Source of the DNA: Blastocladiella emersonii ATCC 22665
Lineage: Eukaryota > Fungi > Blastocladiomycota
Length of the DNA: 64,000 nt
Assembly: GCA_025594325.1 (NCBI GenBank)
Contig: JANHCV010000003.1
Location: 1,984,001-2,048,000, forward strand
Direction of reading: 5' to 3'
Shown one piece after another: positions 11,250-22,618 of the stretch. The position numbers and the translations under genes were made by a program. The notes beneath the pieces are model-generated. The model was given only the letters and a program-made list of their open reading frames with translations. It was not told where the DNA came from and did not search any database. The first letter of the stretch is position 1; the number at the start of each line of letters is the position of its first letter.

Positions 11250-12719
11250 CTAGACCGAGTTGCGCTTAGCGGGGGCGGGACGCGGGGCGTCCTCGGGCTT
11301 GGGCGCGATAGCAATGTCGCGCTCCGTGGCCGCCGCGGCCGGCGCAGGAGCAACCTCGGTGGCCGTGGCCTGGCCCGCCTCGGCGCTCTCCGCCGCCTCG
11401 GCCTCGGCCTCCTTCTCCTTCTTGCGCTTGTCGTGGCGGATCGCCCACGCGATGAGCGAGAGGCACAGCGAGACGCAGAGGATCACGATCCGGACCGTGG
11501 TGCGGTCCATGCCCGAGGACGTCGACGTCGAGACGGGGACGTTGATGCGCGGGACCGTCGGGATTCCGCCGCCGACGCCCGACTCAGTGCTGTTCGTCGT
11601 GCCACGCGTGGTGTTGGTCGTGAGCCCGTTCCACCCCTCGCCCGTGAGGATCGTGTCGGGCCAGACGCGCAGGGCCTTGCCGGAGCACGTCATGGAGCCC
11701 GAGCTGCAGATCCCGTACCGGCACTGCGCCGTGTTGGAGCACTTCTCGCCGGGCAGCTTGCCGGCGACAAACTTGCGGGTCTCCGGGTCGCACACCACGT
11801 GCGACACCATCCACTTGAGCGTGCCGTAGTCGCGCTCGACGTACGGCTTGTCGTTGCCGAGCGGCGACAGCGTGGTCGGGTTGCCGACGCCGAGCCCCGT
11901 GGCGGCGGACGACGAGCTGGTCGAGACCTTGGTCGCCACCTCGAAGAACGGCTGCCCCAGCACGCCGACCGCCGCGCTCGCGCTCAACATGCCCGGCGGC
12001 CGCGAGAACAGGTACATGGACTCCTTGGCGGCCTTGGGGAACCCGGCGCCGTCGTACGTGCTCGGGTCGCACGGCGTCCCGATCGGCGGCGTCGCCACGC
12101 ACACGCCGAGCTCGAGCCGCGGCATGACCGTTGGCACGTCGTTCGTCCCGACGGTTCCGACCGTCGCGGGCGTCACGAGCGGCATCCCCGGGCGCACGTC
12201 GCGCTCGTTCGGGACGGGCAGGCCGCGCAGGGCGATATGGTCGCGGAACTGGCGCAAGAAGTCGGTCGAGTACGTCTCCTCGGGGATCCCCGGCAGGTAC
12301 ACGCCGGCGTCGACGAGCGCGCGCGAGGCGAGCGGCAGGCACAGGGTGCCGGCGACGGCGGCCCACGCGTTGGCGCACTTGGCCTGCGCGCACATCTCGG
12401 TGGTCACGGCGTTCTCGGTGGTCGGCTCGGCCGCCGCGGACGGACACGACTCGCGCACGCACTGGTTGAGGCGCTCGCGCGCGCCGACGCTCGGCGCGCG
12501 GCACCCACGCGCGTTGCTGCCGGACCCGTCGGCGAGCGAGCCGTCCGCGTTCAGGTACGCCGAGCACAGCGACGTGATGAAGTTGCCCGCGGGGACTGGG
12601 AACAGCTCGGGCGCCGGCTCGCCGGCCGTCTTCTCCTTGTTGAGCCGGAACAGCGGGACCGGGACCACGGGCCGCGAGGCGCTGCTGCTGCTGCTGCCGG
12701 TGTTGCTGCTGCTGCTCAT
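11250..12719 (-). CDS. Cys-rich (Dickkopf-N-like) single-pass membrane protein
   Basis: Many Cys, including LPGEKCSNTAQCRYGICSSGSMTC; Ser/Thr/Gly linker; TM segment VRIVILCVSLCLSLIAWAI followed by a basic stop-transfer. No clear signal peptide. Confidence 0.6.
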   Translation of the reverse strand: MSSSSNTGSSSSSASRPVVPVPLFRLNKEKTAGEPAPELFPVPAGNFITSLCSAYLNADGSLADGSGSNARGCRAPSVGARERLNQCVRESCPSAAAEPTTENAVTTEMCAQAKCANAWAAVAGTLCLPLASRALVDAGVYLPGIPEETYSTDFLRQFRDHIALRGLPVPNERDVRPGMPLVTPATVGTVGTNDVPTVMPRLELGVCVATPPIGTPCDPSTYDGAGFPKAAKESMYLFSRPPGMLSASAAVGVLGQPFFEVATKVSTSSSSAATGLGVGNPTTLSPLGNDKPYVERDYGTLKWMVSHVVCDPETRKFVAGKLPGEKCSNTAQCRYGICSSGSMTCSGKALRVWPDTILTGEGWNGLTTNTTRGTTNSTESGVGGGIPTVPRINVPVSTSTSSGMDRTTVRIVILCVSLCLSLIAWAIRHDKRKKEKEAEAEAAESAEAGQATATEVAPAPAAAATERDIAIAPKPEDAPRPAPAKRNSV

Positions 12720-13094
12720 CTTGGTCTTGATCGTCTAATGGTATCTCTATGGTGATCCGGGCGAGAGCGCGGCGCCGGCCGGCGGTTTTTGAAGTACACG
12801 GACAACAATCCCCCGGATCCAGGTGCCCAGAGTCACGTCGGGCCACGTCATTCGGGCGGGGGCGCCGCCCTGTGGCAGGCCGCGGGCGCACTCGTGGGCA
12901 GGCACACTGGATCGGACTTGGCGTTTCATCGTGTTTCAGAGTTTGTCCGCGCCATCATCAAAGTGTATCGGTCGGTCACGCGAGACGTGTCCGTGATGGG
13001 AACACTGATCTCGAGTCGAGATTCTCGACGCGCGGCGCCACGATTCAGCCCAGGCACACGCAAACGGTGAATTAATAGTCTCAATCCCAGCGCG

Positions 13095-16000
13095 TCATGA
13101 GGTCGATCCCGTCGACGACGTCCCCAGCAGCTCGTGAGGCGGCGCAACCGCGGTGCTCAGCACCATGTCGCCGCCGCCCGCGGCCGTCATGCGCCGGTTG
13201 AAGTTGAAGCTGAGCCGGCCCTCGCGCGAGGTGCGGCTCGAGTTGGACTTGATCCCGACGGCGCTCGACCCGGACGCGGCGCTGCCGACCGCGTCGACGG
13301 AGCTGCGCTCGGACCGGCCGAACGTCGACTCGAGGTCCGCGACCCAGTCGTCGGCCTCCTGCGGCGACTTGGTCTGCACCAGGTAGCTCGTGCCCGCGAG
13401 GCGCAGCATGAAGCAGCCCGCGGGGATGTCGTCCGAGAAGGTCGACGGGTCGATGCGCGCGGCCGAGATGCGCCGCGTGTGTAGCTCGCCGGACGCGTCC
13501 TACACGATGCATTTGTCAGTTGCTGGATCGCCGCCGCATGAGTACGAGCGAGTGTGCCTTCTCGGTCGGGTACGTGATCTGCAGCGAGAACACGGGCTCA
13601 TGGAGCAGCGCGATATTGATCTCGCGCCACCGCCGCGCGAGCCCGCCCATCTGCTTCATGGCGAAGTGCGCGCCGAGCCGGACCACGACCTTGCCGACGT
13701 AAAACTTCTTGGTCTCGAACAAATTCCCGCTTCCGCCGACGAGCTTGGCCGCGTCCTCGAACATCTTGGTGACGCTGCCGGGCTCCTGCTCGCCGATATT
13801 CGACTGCGCGCCGGCGTTCGTCTGGAAGAACGACTTGGCGCCGCCGCCGCCCGCACCACCGCCACCACCGCCCGACCCGCCGCCGTGCATCGACCCGGGC
13901 GCCGACCCTGCGGAAACGGCCGAGGCGCGGATCCGGACAAGCGCCTCGTAGACGGGGCGGCCAACGAGGACGAGGAGCACCGAGACGGTCGCGAACAGGA
14001 TCCCGACGGCGCGCACGATGAGCGTGACGCGGAGGTCGACGGCGGAGAGCAGGGACACGGGGACGACCACGGCGCACGCGCCCGCCATGCAGTACGCGGC
14101 GACCGCGATGAGTTTGGATTCGTTGTAGGTCGTCGCGACGCGCCGCACCTTGTACGCGAGCCAGCACGTCGCGAGGACCATGCCCGCGTGGTACAGAGCG
14201 AGGATCACGGTCGCGGCCGTGGCGCCGGGGCCCGTGGACGTCGAGCCGCACACGTTGCCGAACGTGTCGATGGACAGGTTCACGCGCTCAGCGCGCGGGC
14301 CCGTCGTCACGTCCCAGATGATGAGCAGGACCAGGTCGATGGCGGTCATGGTCACGACGGACAGGAGGAGTTTGCTGTTGCGGATCGACATGGAGATCAT
14401 CGACTTGTTGCCTAGCCCACGATCGCCGGTTAGCCGTGCCAGCTGCACGAAGAGAGCCCGCGGAGCGTACCGAAGAGGAGGTAAATCCGCGCCGTCTTAG
14501 CGATGATCGACGACAGCGCGATACATGTGCCGAGGGCGAGGAGGTAGATGTGGGCCTCGCATACGCTGGTCGAGATGGGCAGGACCTCGGTGAACACGGA
14601 GCACGTCACGAGCGCGGCGCCGATCGAGATGAGCGTCAGGAACGGCGGCGACGCCGACTTGATGGCAATGTGGCCGCCGAAGCGCGTCACGAGGCCCGCG
14701 AGTGCGCCGGCCACGGCGAGCACGATCGCGCACAGCACCGCGATGACGATGCCGATCGGGTGGCCGAGGTCGACCTGATTGATAAGCTTGACTGGGAGGT
14801 GTGCGAGCGGTTAGTGCGTGTGCGAGGTGAGTGAAAACGCGGGAGAACGTACTGTAACCCGGCGGCGGCGACGGGATCCACGACCCCCACAGCATCTCGT
14901 TGTCCTTGATCCACTGGCACGCGACCTCGGGGACCGTGACGCCGGGCGTCGACGACGCGTTGAGGAGGTTGTTGACGTCGAGGTCGCGGAAGTAGATGGT
15001 CTTGAGGTAGATGCCGACCGACGGGTTGGTGCGCGACAGCGACGAGGACGCGATCTTGATGAGCTGGTCCGAGTCCCAGTCACACGTCAGCGAGCTGCCG
15101 TTCGTGCCGACCTTGGGCAGATCGAACGTGTCGAAGCATGTGGACGTGTACTCGGGCAGGTGCACCATGGCGAGCTCGGCCGAAGCGGGCAGGACCTCGG
15201 GCCGCCAGTAGTACAGCAGGCACGCCGTGTTGCCCTGGGCCGCGCACGCGAACGCCTTGGGCACGAGCTGGTCGCCGAGGTATACGATGACGAGCTTGAG
15301 GTTCATGGTGATAATCCGCTGCTCGTTGAGGCCCTCCGAGTAGCCCGGGTCGACGTGCTATTTGATGCAGAGTCAGTAAGTCGCCTGAGCTGTCGTAGAG
15401 CAGCGATCGTACCCAGAACTCCTTGCACGTCGAGAACAGCTCGCCCTGGCACTGTGGCGGGACGAACATGCCGTTGCGGCAGTACGGGTACAGGGCCTGG
15501 TCGCACAGCCACGTTCCGTCGGCGTTCTTAGCCGTCGGCGTGGTCCCCGCGGGCGGCAGCAGCGCGAGCACCTCGGGCCGCGTGAACGACTTCCACGAGT
15601 CGAAGATGAGGTCGGGGAACCGCTCCGTGACCTTGCGGTTGATGAACCACGCGATACGGCCGGCGTACCCGACCATACCGAGGTCCTCGACCGTGCCCTT
15701 GTTCACGACAAAGTTCTGGTGCTCGGCGAGCGAGAACTTGGTCCAGATCTCGACGTTGGCGCGGTTCTTGCTCGCGCCCGCGCGAGGGTACGACCCGCGC
15801 GAGCCCGGGTGCTCGTACAGCACCGTGCTGACGCCCATCACGTCCTTGAGCAGCGTCGCCGCGACGTACGTCGTGAGGTTGGCGCTACAGGGCTCGGTGC
15901 CGTGAGCCAGGCGAAACGGCAGGTCCCGGAGGGCTTGCGTACCTAGCCCACGCGCCGTACTCGAACTCGACATCGTGCAACCGGCTGACGAAGACCTTGC

Positions 16001-16169
16001 CCGGGTCGGCGGCAGCCTGCGCGAGCGGCTCGGTCCAGCCGTACTTGTCGGTCCGTGCCCGTGTCAGGCACGACGGCAGGGTGCGGACGAGCTGGGCGTC
16101 GGCCGCCGGGGCCGAAGCGATCAGGGCCAGCCAGGCGGCCGCGAGGAGCACGCCTAATTGTAGATGCAT
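13095..16169 (-). CDS. Class C (7tm_3, GABA-B-like) GPCR with an N-terminal glycine-betaine/ProX(OpuAC)-type binding domain and a C-terminal PH-like domain
   Basis: Exons 16169-15943, 15884-15413, 15357-14853, 14791-14471, 14411-13558 (or 13546), 13499-13095. Signal peptide; WASANLTTYVA; seven hydrophobic helices with SPPFL, AKTARI and YNESKLI; PH-like end CFMLRLAGTSYLVQTKSPQEADDWVADL. Confidence 0.85.
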
Positions 16170-16498
16170 TGCAGTCGCTTAACTTGCGGATCGTGATCAA
16201 GGAGAGCCCGCGCGCGCGCCATGCGCCCCTTAACCCGGCGACGCGAATCCGGCATCGGCCCGATGCGGCTCGCGCGCACGGTGTGACGCGTTCCACAGTC
16301 TCCCACCTGGCGGCGCCTCGCGCGCTATGTGGCCGTGCGCAATCTCCGGTGTGGCCTGACACTTGCCGTGCTGTGCGACAAACGCGCCATCTCCACGGGC
16401 GCGCGCGCGCTGTCTCCCGACGCGACGCGCCGCGTCGCCGAAGGTGTCTCGCACACCTGGCGTGACGCCACGTGCCCTCGGTCGACGCGTTTCGATAT

Positions 16499-16549
16499 CA
16501 CGTGCGGGTGTCTCACACGTGCGGGTGTCTCACACGTGCGCGTGCCTCA
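16499..16549. repeat. 17-bp tandem repeat x3 (CACGTGCGGGTGTCTCA), each unit containing CACGTG
   Basis: Units 16499-16515 and 16516-16532 are identical; 16533-16549 has 2 mismatches. Confidence 0.9.
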
Positions 16550-16644
16550 CACGCGCGCATGCGGGCGCGCCGCGCCGCTGTCCCACAAGGCCAAGGCGGG
16601 CGCGCGTTCTATTGAAACCAGGCCCCGTCAGATGGTGTGCCTAG

Positions 16645-18585
16645 GGAGGCGGTTATTCTGCCCCCCAGTCGGTTATTCTGCCCCCCTCGGCTATTCTGCC
16701 CCCCAGGTTATTCTGCCGTCCAGACGCGGTCACATGATAAAAAAACGCGTGAAATGACCCAGCTCAACTCCGCGCACCACAACCAACTCCCTCGAAAAAA
16801 TGTGGCACGCTGCACGCACCGAAAAAAAAAGGTGACCGCTTCCCGCGTGAAATTTCCAACCAAAAAAAATTATTACGCGGATTCCTAGTGCCGTCGGCGC
16901 GACCGTCTTGACGCGTCGCTCACCACGCGTCGCGTCAAAGCAGATCGGACAAACACTGAGCGCGGCCGATCAAGGAGACCAGCATGTCGAGGGCATGAAC
17001 GGCCTCCTCAAGCGGTTCGGCCTCGACACCAACACTCGCTTGATGGGGGTCGACAGTGCGGTCGGCCGCGAGCTCGTTCGCGAAGCGGATCAGGCCAACA
17101 AGATGGAGGCCGTGTACCGCAATAATTTGGGTCGCTCGTTCAGCGACCTCAATGCGGACCTACGCGCCATTGCCAGGGCAATCGCGCAAAACTGCACTCC
17201 AAACGTCGCTAACGCGCTCTTAAGTAGTCTGCAAAACGTGCACAACTGCACTCCAGTGCGGCTGCAGGAGCGCGATCTCGCGGAAATGCCGTAAGACCAG
17301 TTCCGCGAGCTCGCCAACAACGAGTGCGCCCGATCGGTATGGCGGGTGGGCCTTCGGCGGTCGTCGCGCGAGCTGTACTACCTCATTGTCTTCAACGACG
17401 GCGCGATTCTCTGCTCGTGTCGCGTCGGCGTGACACATCCATGCGATCACGCGTTCGCCGTGATGTATCACGCCGGGGACGTGTGGTTCACGCTCAGCAT
17501 GATTGATGACGCCTACCTCATGGCCAAGGGCAAGAGCCTGGTCGACCGCGACTTCATTTTTCCTAGCGAACACGGCAGTCTGGGCAAGAACAGCAACGGC
17601 GGCGAAGTGCTGCCGCCCGAGCCTGTAGGTCCGGATTTCGGGCAGCTGATCCGCGAGCACATGCGGCCGACTACGCCCAGAGCTCTCGAGGAGGATCTCG
17701 ACGCGGCCGACGCAGACGTCCTTGTGCTTGACAAGGACGAGTACGACGGCGAGCTCCCGCCGGACGACGACGAGGAGCCTGGCCCAGCTGCAGGGAAGGG
17801 CAAGGCTCCCGCGGCGCGGCAGCCGGTGCAAGGACGAGCGGACAGCCTTCCTGACGTTCGCAACCCGCCCAGAAAGTACGGGAGCAACCGCGGCCGACCG
17901 CCGAAATCTCCTCCTCGTCCCGCAAGTTGCCCAAAAGACTTTGCAACGCAAGGTACGATTGGTCGCCGCGTTTGAAGAACGTTCGGATCTCACCATCTGG
18001 CGTGTAGCGAAGCGGAAGAGCTCCGCCAAGGCGAACTCGGGCCCCGCGCGCAAGCGCGCACGGCGCGGTACAGTCGAGTCAGCAAACGCAACTGATTCGA
18101 GAACTGCGGTCACGACTGCGGAGCTCGCGACCTTGTCGTCAACGACTGCCGCGCGCTCGACCGCCGCGACCGCCACGGCGACCACCACGACCACGCCCGC
18201 GGCGATCGCGAACGCGCCCATGACGTCCGGCGCGCGCGCGCTCCAGGAGCTGCTCAAAAAGAAGCACTAGAGTTGGATAAGAGCAAGAAATGTTGAGCCT
18301 GTCGACCCGTTGAATATAGACGCTTCCGTTTTTCATTTGGCAGCGACATCGCTTCGCGTGAGCTTTTCATTCAGCATTTTTCATCACGTTGCATGAACTC
18401 TTTTTTATGTGTGTGATTTTTTGCGGAGTCAGTACAAGTCGACGGGGCCGTGAGAACGGCGGCCGGCCGCGGGAAATCGACGCGTCGCGATATCATGTGA
18501 CCGTGGCTTGGGGGCAGAATAGCCGAGGGGGCAGAATAGCTGCGGGGGGCAGAATAACCGGCTGGGGGGCAGAATAGGAATCGCC
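16645..18585 (+). mobile_element. Non-autonomous Mutator-like DNA transposon (MULE)
   Basis: 95-bp TIRs at 16645-16739 and 18491-18585, each with four TATTCTGCC subrepeats and ending CGGTCACATGATA. Exact 9-bp flanking direct repeat TGTGCCTAG at 16636-16644 and 18586-18594. Internal transposase remnant present. Confidence 0.92.
16908..18270 (+). pseudogene. Truncated MULE transposase C-terminal half with SWIM zinc finger
   Basis: HVEGMNGLLK resembles the region around the catalytic E. An in-frame TAA at 17292-17294 separates it from YLIVFNDGAILCSCRVGVTHPCDHAFAV (SWIM CxC..CxH). RGRP motif and a frameshift near 17975. No N-terminal DD region. Confidence 0.7.
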
Positions 18586-18927
18586 TGTGCCTAGACCCTG
18601 CAGCCCGCTGACTGGACCAGTTAGTTCCAACCCCAGTAGATGCCGTTGCACGCTCGGCGTTGGTTGACGTTTTGTTGACCTCAGCGGTCGACACGGCTTC
18701 ACTTTTCTCGCTTTTAACTGAAGCGGTCGGTTGTGCATTACGTGGATTAATCTTTCATTGACGACTAGCACGCGGATGTCCGTGCGCGGCAGCGCCGCAT
18801 GTCGAGTTGAGACGAATCGTGAGCGGGAGCAGCGTAACCCGAGCCCGTGCCAGGACTCGCATCCAAAAACAGTGTACAGAGAGCAGTAAATGTGGGGTGA
18901 TATAAGCAAAGTGCGCACACGCGAAAC

Positions 18928-20070
18928 CTACGCGTCCGTCGTCGCCGACTTCTTGAGGTAGCGCTGCTGGAGCTCGTAGACGAGCAGCGTGATGCCGAAC
19001 AGCGGGGACACGATCATGCAGCGGGGGAGGATGCCCTTGAAGAGCGCGCTTGCGCCCTCCGTCTTGACAATGTCGCTACACGGCGTGGTTCAGGTCAATG
19101 AGCGGTCGCGGGGTTTGGGGGGAGTGCAGGATCGAGGGCGTACGTGAAGCAGTGGCGGATGCCCGTGTACGGGCTCCCGCTCGCCTGGAGGCGCGTCTTG
19201 ATCACGTCGGCGGGCTACACGCGATCGAAAGTTGGCACACCCCTCTGCGACGCCAAACGAGAGTAAATCGTACCGTGACGGCTCCCGCAGCGAGCCATCC
19301 AGCGAGAATCCCGGACCCGAACACGGACCCGAACCCGACATGCCCGTTCTCGTCCTCGCACAGTGACTTGAAGAAGGCGTGGGAGGGGAAGAAGAGGATG
19401 GAGAAGGGCACGTCGCGCATGAGGGTGGCGGCGGTGCCCTTGTACATGCCCCGCAGACCCAGGTTGCGCACGACTTGCATGAGCGACGGCGCGGCCTGTC
19501 CTGGCGGGGTGTTGAGGGCGGCGAGCTGCATCTGGATCTTGATGACCTCCATGGGGCACGTGGCGACGACCTGGCACGTCCCCGCGGTAGCGCCGGCGAG
19601 AGCGCCGAGGTGGATGGGGAGGTGGTCCGGGTGGGTGCCGGGGGCGGCGAGGGCCTCGCGGGCGAGATCGTTGACGGCGAGCTTGATGGCCTTCTCCGGG
19701 GTGATACCGATGAGGTTGGCGGTGATGCCGCGGTACAGGCCGCGCGTGCCCTCGGTGCGCACGATGGTGCGGAAGCAGTCGACGATGCCCTTGTACTGGG
19801 CGCCGCTGCCCGACTGCAGCCGCGTCTTGACCATGTCGATCGGGTAAATGCTACACAGGGGGGTTGTCAGCACGGCCGCGGATTCGCGGGCTCGGGTGCA
19901 ACGCACATGGAGGTGCCGATGATGCCGGCGATCGAGCCGCTGGCGAGCTTGGCGCCGATGCCCGACGACTTGTACGCGGCGGCAGTGCGTGGGGTCTGTG
20001 CCACGGCGGGGCTCAGGGCTGGAGCCGGGCCCTGGCCGGGAGCAGCAGCAAAGTGGGCCGGCGCGCTCAT
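18928..20070 (-). CDS. Mitochondrial carrier, glutamate-carrier (SLC25A22/Agc1-like) type
   Basis: Four exons (introns 19906-19851, 19273-19215, 19143-19076). Three PxD/ExxKxRLQ-type repeats (YPIDMVKTRLQ, CPMEVIKIQMQ, TPADVIKTRLQ) and GITPEKAIKLAVND. Confidence 0.9.
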
Positions 20071-21523
20071 GGGTCGGTCGTTTGCCTACGCGGTGCCGCA
20101 GGGTGGTGAATTCGGCGGTTTCATGGTGGTTGCGGGTAGCTTCATGTGGTCTTTACCAGAGTGTAAGCGGTCGGTCAAGAGGGAGGGAGGGAGAGAGGGG
20201 AAAGGGAGGGGACCGAAGCGGCGCGAGAACGGAGTCGCTCGCGGCCCGCCCCGTCCCCAAAAGAGCGTGGCGCGGTCCGCGGCGCGGCATCCGCGCGCTC
20301 GGGTCGGGCGGCACCGCCACGTGATCATCCGAAGCTCGCCTTAAGCGTGGCCGATGCGCGGCCCTGCATGATGCATAGGAGCGCATCTTGTTGTAACGCG
20401 TTACGCAAAGCGTCACCGAGCGAGGGCAGGGGGAGCGCCGACGGGCTTCCCATTTGCTCAGGCGACCTCCACTAGGAGTCGAGGCTGCCATGACAGAGCC
20501 GACCGCTTACACCCGCAGCGTGGCCGTTGCGCGAGGTTAGAGGTCGCCCGCTGCAGCCCACCTCGTGCTCTGCTGCAGCAAAGCATGGCGAGTACGGCGA
20601 GCGCGGCGAAGGCGAAACGGGACGCGCCGCGCGGGTGGCGCAATTCACGTGGGCGCAGGTGGGCTGATCGGTCGCGGCTTGGCCGCTTTCCTCTGCGCTT
20701 TTTCGTGCCTGTGTGGCGAAGAAACCAGTCCTTGACGCCTCCTCGAGCCCGTGCGTCCACTCGACCGTCGACCTCGCGCCTCCCCGCACGCTCTGTTCCT
20801 CTCGCGGGTGTACCAGACGCATCCTTCTCCCTCCCCTACAAGCTCGAAGGCGGCGTCGCAACCCCTTCTCCTCCCTCCCCCACCTCCGCCCTCTGGTACG
20901 CCACCGCCGCCCCACGCCCCGACTACCATGTATCTTTGCTCGACTGGCGGTGCGGTGCGGCGCGGTGTGCGAACGACACGACACGGACACTGCATGCTGG
21001 GCGGGTGTGCTACGGGCGCGCTAGACACGGGCAGCGTGCGCGCCGACGGCGGCAACCTCAAGTTCGGCACTCGTTCGTTCATTTCGGCCGGGTCCCTGGC
21101 CCGCGGCCGTGACTGGTCGGGGTCACGTCGCTCGCATGAGCCACGCCGACGCGCTCGCGGCGAGGTGCCACAACTGGGGCGTGCGAGACAGCGACCACGC
21201 GGACATGCGCCTCGCCGACCTCGCAGCACACGCGTAAGTGACTCGTCCGCGGTGGCGCATTCACGCGTCGCCCGCCGTTGCAGATAGCGATGCGACGCGC
21301 GCGCGTGTGTCTCCCGCGTCTAGCGCGGCATCGCGCGCCCTGCCTGCCCGGGACCCGTGCTCGTGTTCGTTCTCGCGCTCGCCCGCCAGCATGCTGCACC
21401 CGACCCCGCCGTGTCGCTCGTCGGACCCGCCGCACCCACACCATCGCGTCGCACTCGCTCGCCCCGCCACGAGGCCCGCACGCGCTTAGCTGTTAACCCG
21501 GCCCCTTGCCCGCCCGTCCAGAC

Positions 21524-22441
21524 ATGACGCACATCGAGCTCCCGACCGCGGGCCGCGAGGGCCACCTCAACGAGCAGCAGCAGGAGGCGCTGGCGCAGCT
21601 GCGCGCCGAGCTGGTGGCCGAGTCCAAGTTCCTGCCCGCGCACCACGACGTGTACCTGCTGCTGCGGTTCCTGCGCGCGCGCCGGTTCGACGTGCCCAAG
21701 GCCAAGGCCATGCTGCTGGCGTGCGACGCGTGGCGCGCCGAGAACAAGGTGGACGAGCTGGCCAAGTCGTTTGAGTTCCCCGAGGCCGACCAGATCCGCG
21801 CCCTGTACCCGCAGTACTACCACCGCACCGACAAGCTCGGCCGCCCCGTCTACATTGAGCACCTCGGCGGCATCGACATCAAGAAGATCACGGCCATCAC
21901 CACCATGGAGCGCATGCAGCAGAAGCTCATCTTCGAGTACGAAAAGTCCCTCGACGAGCGGTTCCCCGCGTGCTCGCTCGCCGCCGGCACCCACATTGAG
22001 CAGTCGTGCACCATCATCGACCTCGCGGGCGTCTCGCTCATGTCCTTTTCGTCGGTCGCGTCGTTTGTCAAGCAGATCACGCAGATTGGCCAGGACTACT
22101 ACCCGGAGCAGCTCGGCACCATGTTCATCATCAACGCGCCCATGCTCTTCTCGTCGGTCTGGTCGCTCATCAAGCCGTTCCTCGACGAGGTCACGGTCAA
22201 GAAGATCCACATTCTCGGGGGCTCGTACAAGCGCCAGCTGCTCGAGTACATTGACGAGGCCAACCTCCCCGCCCGCATCGGCGGCAAGTGCAAGTGTCCC
22301 AACGGGTGCGAGGTGGCCGACCCCGGACCCTGGAACTCGGTCGACCCCGCCGCCCTCGCCGCGCGCCGCGCCGACTCGCTCAAGGCCAACACCGAGATCA
22401 TGCACAAGCTGCAGGCTGCCGCCGCTGCGCCGTCTAGCTGA
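21524..22441 (+). CDS. SEC14: Sec14 phosphatidylinositol/phosphatidylcholine transfer protein (CRAL-TRIO)
   Basis: LLRFLRARRFDVPKA, YPQYYHRTDKLGRPVYIE, QDYYPEQLG, IINAP...WSLIKPFLD, ADPGPW. Confidence 0.92.
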   Translation: MTHIELPTAGREGHLNEQQQEALAQLRAELVAESKFLPAHHDVYLLLRFLRARRFDVPKAKAMLLACDAWRAENKVDELAKSFEFPEADQIRALYPQYYHRTDKLGRPVYIEHLGGIDIKKITAITTMERMQQKLIFEYEKSLDERFPACSLAAGTHIEQSCTIIDLAGVSLMSFSSVASFVKQITQIGQDYYPEQLGTMFIINAPMLFSSVWSLIKPFLDEVTVKKIHILGGSYKRQLLEYIDEANLPARIGGKCKCPNGCEVADPGPWNSVDPAALAARRADSLKANTEIMHKLQAAAAAPSS

Positions 22442-22618
22442 TGTTCTTGATCCCTTCTAGTTGTACCATCTCTCCCTTTTCCTCGCTGCTCCCTCGTCCC
22501 CTCTCTGTTTGAAATAAGACCGATCTCACGAATAGTTTCTTTCTCATTCCTTCGCGTTTGCCGAGCAACTACGGTGCGTCTATAGACAATACGTCACGGA
22601 AACCGCCGCAATCCCTTC

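Noticed and set aside
16645-16739. TATTCTGCCCCCC repeats as a telomere or CRISPR array
   Set aside because: Explained as subrepeats of the MULE TIR, mirrored at 18491-18585.
17292-17294. In-frame TAA as programmed readthrough or recoding
   Set aside because: The element also lacks the N-terminal catalytic region and has a later frameshift; simple decay is more parsimonious.
20130-21520. Several 100-190 aa ORFs between the carrier gene and SEC14
   Set aside because: Arg/Pro/Ala-rich with no motifs. Best read as a divergent promoter/5' UTR. The GTAAGT donor at about 21234 does not give an in-frame join to SEC14.
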